Shown: positions 19,070 to 28,259 of the stretch, one piece after another | Numbering within the stretch: the stretch's first letter is position 1 | Layout of the letters: every line of letters starts with the position of its first letter | Assembly (NCBI GenBank): GCA_037445065.1 | Contig: JBBILD010000002.1 | Coordinates: forward strand, 96,001-160,000 | DNA from: Myxococcales bacterium | GTDB lineage: Bacteria > Desulfobacterota > Binatia > HRBIN30 | Reading direction: 5' to 3' | DNA: 64,000 nucleotides | The notes under the pieces: generated by a model | Database searches by the model: none | What the model saw: the letters and a program-made list of their open reading frames with translations, nothing else | Told to the model about the DNA's origin: nothing | Program-made: the position numbers and the translations under genes

Positions 19070-22000
19070 GTGGATCGAGTGAGACGTGAGATCTGTCGCG
19101 CCCTTGCGGTCCTCGCAGGGGTGGTTTGGCTCGCTGCTTGGGCCGCTCCGGATGCGGCCAGCGCTTTCGTTGCTTTCGAGAGCGGCCCGGTTCGGCCACT
19201 GGCGATCTCCCCGGACGGCACCCGGCTTTTTGCCACCAACATCCCGGACAACCAGCTCGAAATCTTTGCAATCGAAAGTACGGGCGGGTTGGTTCATCAG
19301 TCATCGGTGTCAGTGGGTCTCGAACCGGTGGCTGTAGCGGCACGGAACAACAGCGAAGTTTGGGTAGTCAATCACCTCTCGGACAGCGTCAGCGTCGTGG
19401 ACGTTGCGAGTGTGCCGCCACGTGTGGTGCGGACCTTACTGGTCGGCGACGAACCCCGCGACATCGTCTTTGCGGGTCCGGGGAGGTCGCGTGCATTCAT
19501 CACCACCGCGCATCGGGGACAGAACGTGCCCTACGACCCGCAGTTGACCACGCCCGGTGTGGGACGCGCGGATGTCTGGGTATTCGATGCCGAGAATTTG
19601 GGAACGTCGCTAGGTGGCACTCCGCTGACGATCGTGCAGCTATTCGGAGACACGCCACGCGCTCTCGCAGCAACTCCGGACGGCAGTCGTGTCTACGCAG
19701 CCATTTTCCATTCCGGGAACCAAACTACGGCGATCAACGAACAACTCGTTTGCGACGGTGGAGCGTCGGCGGGTCCCTGCACGGTCCTGGGAAATCAGAT
19801 GCCCGGTGGGCTCCCAGCGCCGAATTGGAATTTCCAGTTCATCCCTGGTCCAGAGGTCGGCCTCGTCGTGAAGTTCGACAAGGCCAGTGGCCGCTGGCTG
19901 GATCCGATCGGCCGGGATTGGAGCAACGCGGTCCGCTTCAACCTTCCTGACTGGGATGTGTTCACGATCGATGCGGCCGCCAACCCGCCGGTAGAGATTC
20001 CCCAGGGGCGGTATGCCAGCGTGGGTACGGTGCTCTTTAACATGGCGGTCAACCCCCAAAACGGCAAAGTCTACGTCTCCAACACCGAGGCCCGTAACGA
20101 AGTGCGGTTTGAAGGCCCGGGCATCTTTGCAGGCAGCACGGTTCGGGGCCGGTTGCACCAGGCGCGCATCACGGTTCTCGACGGTACAGCCGTTTTGCCG
20201 AGGCACCTGAACAAACACATTGATTATCGCAGTTTTCCAGCCTCACTCGGGGTCCGTAACCGCTCGCTTGCGACGCCGCTCGATGTCGTCGTAAGTTCGG
20301 ACGGCGGTACCCTTTACGTGGCGGCGTTTGGATCGAACAAGGTGGGGGTGTTCCCGACCGCGGAGCTGGAAAGCGACTCGTTTGTGCCCTCACCCACTGC
20401 TCACATCGAGGTACCAGGGGGTGGGCCGGCAGGGCTCGCACTGCTCGAATCGCTCGGCCGCTTGTACGTGCTCACACGTTTCGATCAAGGAATCTCAGTA
20501 ATCGATCTTGCTCGCCGCAGGGAGGTCCAGCACGTTCGCCTTCACAATCCAGAACCGTACTCGCTCGTCGCGGGCCGTCGCTTTCTGTACGACGCGCGCT
20601 TGACCTCGAGTAGCGGCGAAGCCTCCTGCGCGAGCTGCCATGTATTTGCCGATTTGGACTCGCTGGCCTGGGACCTTGGCAATCCGGACGATGAAGTGCT
20701 GCCGAACAACAACCCGTTCCGCTTGGGACCCGTACCGCAATTGGCGTTTGTGGATTTTCATCCCCTCAAAGGCCCAATGACCACTCAAACCCTACGCGGT
20801 ATGGCGACGCACGGACCAATGCATTGGCGGGGAGACCGAACTGGCGCCAGCGATCCAGGGGGGAATGCGTTCGACGCCGCGGCGGCTTTCAAAAAATTCA
20901 ACGTCGCGTTTCGCGGGCTCTTGGGCAGAAAGGGGCCACTGACGGAGGAGGAAATGCAGCGCTTCACCGACTTCATCCTTCAAATCCTTCCCCCGCCGAA
21001 TCCAGTGCGGAACTTGGACAATTCGCTGACCACCCAGCAACAGCAAGGGCGCAATCTCTTCTTCAATTTGCAAGTCGACGGTGGCACGCTCACCTGCAAC
21101 CAATGCCATGTTTTGAACCCCGCAGCCGGGTTTTTTGGCACAGATGGTCGGTCGAGCTTCGAGGCGGAGACGCAACATTTCAAAATCGCGCATTTGCGGA
21201 ACCTGTATGCGAAGGTGGGAATGTTCGGCTTCGCCGGCGTACCCGCGCTACCAGGTGGGGATTTGTCCCATCAGGGCGATCAGATTCGGGGCTTCGGTTT
21301 TCTCCACGATGGAAGCGTGGACACCATCTTCCGCTTCCTGACCGCTACGGTATTCAGCGGCTTCACTAGCAACGCGCAACGGCGCGCGGTGGAAGCGTTT
21401 CTTCTGGTGTTCGATTCCAATCTGGCCCCCATTGTGGGGCAGCAGATCACCTTGCGCTCGGAGAACGCGGCCATTGTTGGCCCCCGTATTGATTTGCTCA
21501 TTGCTCGTGCGGCTCAGGGGGAGTGTGATTTAGTGGTCAAGGGCGTGATCGGGGGCGAAGCTCGGGGTTGGTTCCGGAATGCGGCTGGGCTGTTTCAGCC
21601 GGATCGTCAGGCAGAGGCAGCGGTAAGCGATGCAGTTCTGCGCGCCTCGGTGGTGGCTCCCGGCGACGTGCTGACTTACCTTTGTGCGCCGCCGGGAAGC
21701 GGTGTGCGGATCGGTGTGGATCGAGACGCGGACGGCGTTTTTGACGGCGACGAACGCGACGCGGGCACGGATCCGGGCGATGAGCGCAGCGTACCCAGTC
21801 AGGGCATTCTCTGTGGTGGGAGTGCTGTACTACAAAACGCCCGCCTGGTAATCGGCAAAAACAGCGGTTCAGCTGGCGATGAAACCCTGACGATCCGCGG
21901 GGAGTTCGCGGTTACAGCGACCAGCCCTGCGGTGGATCCTCGGGCTTACGGGCTGCAGGTGCGGATTGATGATTCTTCTGGTCAGCCATTATGGAACCGA

Positions 22001-22354
22001 GTCATCGGGAGGGGAGAGCCCCTGGCTCGGGGTTATCCCGGTTGGAGGGTCAATCGATCGGGTACGCGCTGGACTTTCCGGGATCGTCGGGGCGAGGCCA
22101 GTCCGGGCATTCGCTCCGTGACGGTTGAAGACCGTTCTCGGATTTCACCAGGGTTGTATCGGATTACGTTGCGCGGAAGGTCATCGGACTTTCAGGTGCC
22201 GATCAGTGCGTTGCCGCTACGCGTAACAGTGGTCCTTGGAGGGCCGCAACAAGCGGGTCTCGGGCAGTGTGCGACACGTGCCTTCAACCCCCCAAGTGGG
22301 GCCGCTCCAACCTGCCGGGCAAGCGGTAACGGCGAGACAGTTACCTGCAGCTAG
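19070..22354 (+). CDS. Secreted YVTN/YncE beta-propeller fused to diheme cytochrome c (CcP-like), plus C-terminal domain
   Basis: GGAGGG SD + GTG 19070; signal peptide; VGLEPVAVA, VVNHLSDSVSVVD, VGDEPRDIV blades; CASCH and CNQCH; MHWRGDR, LRNLY, GFLHDGS. Confidence 0.8.
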   Translation: MDRVRREICRALAVLAGVVWLAAWAAPDAASAFVAFESGPVRPLAISPDGTRLFATNIPDNQLEIFAIESTGGLVHQSSVSVGLEPVAVAARNNSEVWVVNHLSDSVSVVDVASVPPRVVRTLLVGDEPRDIVFAGPGRSRAFITTAHRGQNVPYDPQLTTPGVGRADVWVFDAENLGTSLGGTPLTIVQLFGDTPRALAATPDGSRVYAAIFHSGNQTTAINEQLVCDGGASAGPCTVLGNQMPGGLPAPNWNFQFIPGPEVGLVVKFDKASGRWLDPIGRDWSNAVRFNLPDWDVFTIDAAANPPVEIPQGRYASVGTVLFNMAVNPQNGKVYVSNTEARNEVRFEGPGIFAGSTVRGRLHQARITVLDGTAVLPRHLNKHIDYRSFPASLGVRNRSLATPLDVVVSSDGGTLYVAAFGSNKVGVFPTAELESDSFVPSPTAHIEVPGGGPAGLALLESLGRLYVLTRFDQGISVIDLARRREVQHVRLHNPEPYSLVAGRRFLYDARLTSSSGEASCASCHVFADLDSLAWDLGNPDDEVLPNNNPFRLGPVPQLAFVDFHPLKGPMTTQTLRGMATHGPMHWRGDRTGASDPGGNAFDAAAAFKKFNVAFRGLLGRKGPLTEEEMQRFTDFILQILPPPNPVRNLDNSLTTQQQQGRNLFFNLQVDGGTLTCNQCHVLNPAAGFFGTDGRSSFEAETQHFKIAHLRNLYAKVGMFGFAGVPALPGGDLSHQGDQIRGFGFLHDGSVDTIFRFLTATVFSGFTSNAQRRAVEAFLLVFDSNLAPIVGQQITLRSENAAIVGPRIDLLIARAAQGECDLVVKGVIGGEARGWFRNAAGLFQPDRQAEAAVSDAVLRASVVAPGDVLTYLCAPPGSGVRIGVDRDADGVFDGDERDAGTDPGDERSVPSQGILCGGSAVLQNARLVIGKNSGSAGDETLTIRGEFAVTATSPAVDPRAYGLQVRIDDSSGQPLWNRVIGRGEPLARGYPGWRVNRSGTRWTFRDRRGEASPGIRSVTVEDRSRISPGLYRITLRGRSSDFQVPISALPLRVTVVLGGPQQAGLGQCATRAFNPPSGAAPTCRASGNGETVTCS

Positions 22355-22445
22355 TAAGCAACGGCGCTGCGCAAAAAATGCTCAGACCCGTGGGGCAATT
22401 GGGTGGGCGCGGCGGCTCATGTACACGGCCGCCGCGGCCGCACGC

Positions 22446-23216
22446 TTATTTCGGCGGCATCCGGAGGGCGCCGTCCAAACGGATCGTCTCGCCGTTCAGG
22501 TACGGGTTTTCCACGATGTGCACTGCAAGTGCCGCGTATTCACCTGGTTTGCCCAATCGCGATGGGAATGGGATGTTTGCTGCCAGGGCTTGCCGCTGCG
22601 GCTCGGGCAACAAAGCGAGCATGGGGGTATCGAACGTCCCAGGAGCAATGGTCACGCAACGGATTCCGTCACGAGCGAGGTCGCGCGCGATGGGCAGGGT
22701 CATGCCCACCACTCCGCCCTTGGAAGCAGAGTACGCAGCCTGCCCGATCTGGCCGTCGAACGCAGCGACTGACGCCGTGTTGATGAGAACTCCTCGCTCC
22801 CCCTCCTCATTGGGCGTGTTCTTGAGCATCTCCGTGGCCGCCAAGCGAATTACGTTAAACGTGCCAATGAGATTCACTCTCACGCACAACTCGAACATCT
22901 CGAGCGGCATGGGGCCGGCCTTGCCGGTAGTCTTCATGGCCGTACCCACGCCGGCACAGTTGACGTTGATATGGAGCGCCCCGAACTTGGCCATCGTTGC
23001 TTGGATCGCTTCGCTTACTTCTTGTGCGCTGGTCACGTCAGCCGGCACAAAGAGAGCGCGTTGTTCCCCGAGTTCCTTGGCAAGCTCCGCACCTTTCGAG
23101 CTGGGGCGATCGAGGATCGCGACCCGTGCCCCTCGCTCGACGAAGGCTCGCACTGTCGCTTCCCCTAAGCCGGACGCCCCGCCTGTGACGAGCGCCACTA
23201 CCCCTTGCAATTTCAT
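22446..23216 (-). CDS. 3-hydroxyacyl-CoA dehydrogenase, SDR (HSD17B10-like)
   Basis: [45 protein letters not shown]. Confidence 0.93.
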   Translation of the reverse strand: MKLQGVVALVTGGASGLGEATVRAFVERGARVAILDRPSSKGAELAKELGEQRALFVPADVTSAQEVSEAIQATMAKFGALHINVNCAGVGTAMKTTGKAGPMPLEMFELCVRVNLIGTFNVIRLAATEMLKNTPNEEGERGVLINTASVAAFDGQIGQAAYSASKGGVVGMTLPIARDLARDGIRCVTIAPGTFDTPMLALLPEPQRQALAANIPFPSRLGKPGEYAALAVHIVENPYLNGETIRLDGALRMPPK

Positions 23217-23330
23217 AATCCATCACCTCCTGGAATCGTGCGCCGGTCGTGTCTCTTGTAAACGCCGCGATAGAGTGGTGCGGGCCCTGTACCGAGGGGC
23301 GGGTTTTGCGTCAACCTCGGACCGGCCGCT

Positions 23331-24200
23331 ATGAAGGGCTTCATGTGCCAGCGCCCAAATGCTCCGCGCCACCTGGCCGCGTTTGCTTGTGTTTGGCTCG
23401 TGCTAGTGGCCCTAGCGGTTTCGACTTGTACGACAGCGCCCTACACGAAGCGTTCGCAACTCATTCTGATCAGTGAGCAGCAGGAAATTGCGCTGGGTGC
23501 GGACGCGTACCGGCAGGTGCTGCGCAAGGAACCGGTCACCTATGACCCCCGCTACCTTGCTCCGGTACGCAGCGTGGGGGAGCGAATCGCTCAGGTTGCG
23601 GGCAAGAGCGGTTACCAGTGGGAGTTCGCAGTGATCGAGAAGGACGAAGCGAATGCTTTCGCCCTTCCGGGCGGTAAGGTGGCTGTGTACACAGGGATTT
23701 TTCCGATTGCGCAGGACACAGCCGGCTTGGCGGCGGTCATAGGCCATGAAGTGGGTCATGCACTCGCCCGCCACGCAGCCGAGCGAATCAGCCAGGGTTT
23801 CCTCTTAGAGCTGTTTGCCACTGGAGCACAGATCGCCTTGGGCCAACAGACCCCGGCAACGCGTCAGGCCATCCTTGCTGCGCTCGGGTTGGGTACCCAA
23901 GTTGGGGTGCTACTGCCATTTAGCCGCAAGCAGGAAGCCGAGGCCGATTACGTAGGGCTCATGTTAATGGCCAAGGCGGGGTACCCGCCCCAGGCAGCAG
24001 TTGAGGTTTGGGAACGATTTTCGAGGTCGGACAAAGAACGGCCGCCGGAGTGGCTGTCGACCCACCCAGACCCAAGGTCTCGTGCGCGCAGCTTGCGGCG
24101 GTGGCTGTCGGAGGCGCAGCGGTACTTTGCGCAAGCGACTCCGGCGCCGATCGAGCCGTTACCTGTGGTGGAGGCAAAATCGTCGCCGCCTTCGAAGTAG
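23331..24200 (+). CDS. M48 family metallopeptidase (probable lipoprotein)
   Basis: NAFALPGGK, GHEVGH, EAEAD, LSTHP; hydrophobic segment ending in Cys. Confidence 0.92.
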   Translation: MKGFMCQRPNAPRHLAAFACVWLVLVALAVSTCTTAPYTKRSQLILISEQQEIALGADAYRQVLRKEPVTYDPRYLAPVRSVGERIAQVAGKSGYQWEFAVIEKDEANAFALPGGKVAVYTGIFPIAQDTAGLAAVIGHEVGHALARHAAERISQGFLLELFATGAQIALGQQTPATRQAILAALGLGTQVGVLLPFSRKQEAEADYVGLMLMAKAGYPPQAAVEVWERFSRSDKERPPEWLSTHPDPRSRARSLRRWLSEAQRYFAQATPAPIEPLPVVEAKSSPPSK

Positions 24201-24746
24201 GGCAGTTCCTGCAACTGATCGAAGGACTCGAGCGGGAAGAGCACAACGACACATCTGGTACGTGGGCGGATTGCATCATCCGTCGTGGGGCCCTCGGTAG
24301 ACCTCTATTGGCCCACGGCCGTTCGGCTGGCGCTGCGGCGGGAACCTCACGGAAGCTGGCGTGGCTGCAAACCACGAATTGCTGGAAGTGTCTCCGGGGA
24401 CGTACCTTCGGCGGCCGTGCGGGAGAACGCGTGTGTTGGTGCTTTCCGCGCGACCGGGGTCAGAATTCCAGCGGTCTTCAAGCGCAAACGGCGGAAAAAT
24501 CGTGGTGCGCCGGAGTTCCATGACCCGTCGTGTCGGTGCCAGTGTGCCGCGCTCGGAAGCCAGTAGCGAGCGATGTGACAAGGGAGCCGCAAGAGCCGAA
24601 GTTGCCGCGTTGCGTCAAGCGGAGCATTGAGCGAAGGGTGCGTCCGGTGCCGATTAGCATCCTCTACCTGTATCGAGCGTGGGGTGATCCGGGGCTGGAA
24701 TGTGCGTCCGCCGCGCGGAGCGGGAAAGGACCGCGCGTTGCCGTCT

Positions 24747-24785
24747 GACGACCCCGCTCGCGGCACGCCGACGACCCCGCTCGCG
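24747..24785. repeat. Perfect 16-bp direct repeat GACGACCCCGCTCGCG x2 (period 23)
   Basis: Copies at 24747-24762 and 24770-24785. Confidence 0.85.
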
Positions 24786-24989
24786 TGAGGCCAGTGATCC
24801 AAATGCTTTGGGTTTCGAGATCGGTGCTGCTGCCACGGCGAGGAGCTGCCTACTGGGCTGGTCTGTATCTTCCCAGGAGACGCTTTGCCGCTAACCTGGT
24901 GCGGCACCCAGTGGGCAACTTTGTGTGCGCGGACGCATCCAGTGAGCCTCTGTTGCGGAGCGTCAGGCAATGTTTGCCGGAGACATCTG

Positions 24990-25721
24990 TCAGCGTTGCG
25001 GTTGCAGTTGTCGCACTCGTTGCCGCTGGTGTGCCCGTTTGCGGTGAAGAAATAAGGAAAGCGCGAAATAGTAGACGGGAAAGTAGAGAGACAGCCAGGC
25101 AAGCCAGCGAGGCGGGTTGGGAAGGCGGAGCAAAAGCACGAAGACGCAAACTCCCCAAATACTGCCGAGCACGTAGGTGGTGTGCTGCCAGGCTGGGTTG
25201 CGGCTCGGGTACAAATAGCCGATCGGTACGAACACCAGCACTGAAAAGCCGAGCAGGGTGGTGACGTTGAACCAAAGTGGTGTCCCTAAAGCATACAGGT
25301 AGAAAACCACGACGTTCCAGTACGAAGGGAAGCCTTTGAAAAAGTGGTCCTCGGTTTTCGCATCGGCCTGACAAAAGCCGTATCCACTCGCCAACAACGG
25401 GGCCGCGCACACGAGCTGCCCCCACAAGCCCGAAGGTACGAGGCCGGCGTGGTAGGCAAGCACCACAGGAACCAGCACGTAATTCAAGTAATCAACGATG
25501 TCGTCCAGCCGAGCTCCGTCGAAGCCTGGCAGCACTTGTTTGACGCGAAAGCGCCGGGCGAGACTGCCGTCGGTGGCGTCAATGAACACTGCCACCGCCA
25601 TCCAGAGAAAGGCTAGACCATATTGCGTACGAGTGATCGCTTCCAGCGCCAGAAACCCGAGTACGGCACCGAGAGCGGTATAAAGGTGAACACCCCAAGC
25701 GGCGAGCGAGCGTGGTCTCAT
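24990..25721 (-). CDS. pcs: Phosphatidylcholine synthase (CDP-alcohol phosphotransferase)
   Basis: VHLYTALG, DATDGSLAR, DGARLDDIVDYLNY, AKTEDHFFKGFPSYWN match the Pcs pattern. Confidence 0.82.
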   Translation of the reverse strand: MRPRSLAAWGVHLYTALGAVLGFLALEAITRTQYGLAFLWMAVAVFIDATDGSLARRFRVKQVLPGFDGARLDDIVDYLNYVLVPVVLAYHAGLVPSGLWGQLVCAAPLLASGYGFCQADAKTEDHFFKGFPSYWNVVVFYLYALGTPLWFNVTTLLGFSVLVFVPIGYLYPSRNPAWQHTTYVLGSIWGVCVFVLLLRLPNPPRWLAWLSLYFPVYYFALSLFLHRKRAHQRQRVRQLQPQR

Positions 25722-25830
25722 GGTTCACGAACCATTCCCCGGCAAGGCCGATCGGGGGTTGAGGGCCCCGGTTAGCGGTGGATGCGCGATGAGCGCCACC
25801 CGAGGTGGGCTCAGGATCGAGACATTCGGC

Positions 25831-26034
25831 TCAAGAGATTTTCGTAACGTTTGCTGCTTGCAAGCCCTTGGGACCTTGCGTGATTTCGAATTCGACGCGC
25901 TGGCCTTCCTGAAGGGAACGGAACCCTTGCCCATTAATGGCAGTGTAATGAACGAAGACATCCTCGCCATCGTCCTTGGTGATAAAGCCGTACCCCTTCT
26001 GGCCGTTGAACCACTTGACCGTGCCCTGGACCAT
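25831..26034 (-). CDS. Cold-shock protein (CspA family)
   Basis: [29 protein letters not shown]. Confidence 0.97.
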   Translation of the reverse strand: MVQGTVKWFNGQKGYGFITKDDGEDVFVHYTAINGQGFRSLQEGQRVEFEITQGPKGLQAANVTKIS

Positions 26035-26316
26035 GATGTGTCCCCCTCTCTACCTAGGATTTCGTTCCGTCGGGGGAAAGCTCACACACGTGACCTCTTC
26101 GCTTGCCCTTCGCGGGTGCTTGGACTGCGTGCTGCCTTCACCGCGAAACACGCGCGGGCTCTAGCACGGCACGCGCGACGAAAGCAACAAGTCCCAACCG
26201 GTAAAATTCGCTGCGCGAGGGTGTTGCAAAACGCCCGGCCGACTCACGACGCCGCATGCTCTTCCTTTACGGTCCGAGCGACTGGTGGTAGATGCTAGCG
26301 AGCGTCCCACATCCGA

Positions 26317-26925
26317 ATGATGACCCGCTGGCTTCCGTGGATTGCTTTGCTTTTGACCGCTGCCATCGTTGCCTCTGTGTTGGTTGGGGTTTGGTACAAA
26401 GCGCGGCGGCGTGCCGAGCCGTGGGTGCGTGCAGTAGAAGTCCTTGCCCCAGGAGTTACGCAGCGGGTCGAGAACTTTGAACGGAGGAAGTTCGAAGGGA
26501 ATCGGCTGGTGTGGGAGGTGAGAGCGGAGGAGGCTGAGTACAGCGAAGAGAAAAAAGAAGCAAAGATTCGGGAAGTTTCCGCGCGGTGGGTGATGGATGA
26601 TGGACGCGCACTTGCCTTACAAGGGGCGAGTGGGTCGCTTCGATTGAGTGCGGATTTTCGCAAGATCGAGGAACTCTGGCTGCGAGGAGATGTCACCTTG
26701 TCGTGGGCTGGCTATCGCCTTCAGGTGGAGGCAGCAGAATACCGCGGCCAGGCGAATCAGATCCGAGCTCCTGGGAGAGTCGTGATGAGCGGACCGGGGC
26801 TTCGGGTCGAGGGGCAGGGACTCACCGTGGATGTAGCGCGGGAGAGGTTGTCCCTCGGTGGACGCGTGGAAATGTCGATCGTACCGGGTGAGATTGAGGA
26901 GGGATTCAGCCACGACTCGTTGTGA
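26317..26925 (+). CDS. lptC: LPS export periplasmic protein LptC
   Basis: N-terminal TM plus beta-jellyroll-like sequence; first gene before lptA-lptB-rpoN. Confidence 0.8.
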   Translation: MMTRWLPWIALLLTAAIVASVLVGVWYKARRRAEPWVRAVEVLAPGVTQRVENFERRKFEGNRLVWEVRAEEAEYSEEKKEAKIREVSARWVMDDGRALALQGASGSLRLSADFRKIEELWLRGDVTLSWAGYRLQVEAAEYRGQANQIRAPGRVVMSGPGLRVEGQGLTVDVARERLSLGGRVEMSIVPGEIEEGFSHDSL

Positions 26926-27475
26926 GACGGCCCGCAGAGCCGGACTCTGGGCGGCGAGGCAAGCCGTGTTGTTGGGCTTTTTGCTCTTGGCGGGTGACTT
27001 GCCCGTTGCAGGGCAGTCTGGCCCCGATGCCGACTGGTTTGGCGCGCTGCAATTCGGCGGCAGAGATCAACCGATCCAAGTCAGTGCGGACAGTTTCGAG
27101 TTCGACTACAAGCAAAGCGTTTTGACGTACCGCGGCAACGTGCGGGCCCAGCAGGGGGACGTGGTGGTCGAAGCGGATCAGCTCATTCTGATCCTGGAGA
27201 ACAGGCGGGGCCTTCAGTTGCGGGAAGTTCGAGCCCTGGGAAATGTGCGGCTTACTGAGAAAGAGCGTAGTGCCCATGCCGAGGAGGCGATCTTCGACCG
27301 AGCCAAGCGAACAGCGACGCTCTCCGGGCGAGTCGAGTTGCGGGACGGGGCGAACCAAATGTTCGGCGAGCGGGTCGTTGTGTATCTCGACGAGAAGCGC
27401 ACCGTGATCGAGGGCGGACCGAACCAGCGGGTACGCGCTGTACTGTTTCCCCCTGGGAACGTGGCCGAGCCATGA
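26912..27475 (+). CDS. lptA: LPS transport protein LptA/OstA (start uncertain: ACG 26912 or GTG 26966)
   Basis: [36 protein letters not shown]; lies between lptC and lptB. Confidence 0.85.
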   Translation, partial: TTRCETARRAGLWAARQAVLLGFLLLAGDLPVAGQSGPDADWFGALQFGGRDQPIQVSADSFEFDYKQSVLTYRGNVRAQQGDVVVEADQLILILENRRGLQLREVRALGNVRLTEKERSAHAEEAIFDRAKRTATLSGRVELRDGANQMFGERVVVYLDEKRTVIEGGPNQRVRAVLFPPGNVAEP

Positions 27476-28254
27476 CCTTCGTGGCGCCAGAGATGTCGGC
27501 GAGCGACCAACAACGACGAGAACTGCTTCGCTCGCATGTTTTTGCGGGCTGCGAGCTGACCAAGAGCTTCGGTGGACGGCGTGTCGTGGACGGCGTGTCG
27601 GTGCAGGTACGCAGTGGGGAGATCGTTGGTTTATTGGGGCCGAACGGAGCCGGCAAAACTACGACCTTTCATATGTTGGTGGGGCTGGAGCCTCCGGATC
27701 GAGGACGGGTACTTTTGGATGGCAAGGACATTGGCGCCTTGCCGCTGTACCAGCGTGCTCGCTTGGGGGTCTCCTACTTGGCGCAGGAGCCTTCCATTTT
27801 TCGAGGCCTCACGGTTGAGCAGAACTTGCTCGCGATCTTGGAGTTACAACGGCTCACACGTGCTCAGCGCCAGGCGCGGGCGAGAGAGCTGATGGAGGAG
27901 CTCGGCGTGCTCCATGTGGCGAACAGTCGCGCCGACCAACTTTCCGGTGGAGAACGGCGTCGAGTTGAGATAGCACGAGCCTTGGTGATCAACCCTCGAT
28001 TCATGTTGCTCGACGAACCCTTCGCAGGCATCGACCCCCTTGCTATTTTGGACATCCAGGGCATCGTGGAGAATCTGAAGCGGAGAGGAATCGGCGTGCT
28101 GATCACGGACCACAACGTGCGCGAGACTTTAGGAATCTGCGATCGCGCGTACGTCATCGTCGGGGGACGAGTTTTGGTGGAGGGTACGCCGCAGGAAGTG
28201 GCTGCCGATGCGAGGGTGCGGGCGAGCTATCTCGGTCCTCGTTTCTCCCTTTGA
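27472..28254 (+). CDS. lptB: LPS export ABC ATPase LptB
   Basis: [53 protein letters not shown]. Confidence 0.97.
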   Translation: MTFVAPEMSASDQQRRELLRSHVFAGCELTKSFGGRRVVDGVSVQVRSGEIVGLLGPNGAGKTTTFHMLVGLEPPDRGRVLLDGKDIGALPLYQRARLGVSYLAQEPSIFRGLTVEQNLLAILELQRLTRAQRQARARELMEELGVLHVANSRADQLSGGERRRVEIARALVINPRFMLLDEPFAGIDPLAILDIQGIVENLKRRGIGVLITDHNVRETLGICDRAYVIVGGRVLVEGTPQEVAADARVRASYLGPRFSL

Positions 28255-28259
28255 GCGCC

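Noticed and set aside
19070..22354. Calling the propeller-diheme protein hydrazine synthase or nitrite reductase
   Set aside because: Only architectural resemblance; no hzsA or nir context.
24747..24785. Direct repeat as a mini-CRISPR
   Set aside because: Only two 16-bp copies with a 7-nt spacer, and no cas genes.
24720..24890. Possible cobalamin riboswitch fragments (GGGAA, CCAGGAGAC..TGCC)
   Set aside because: The core B12-box and GCCACTG arrangement were not found, and no same-strand gene lies downstream.
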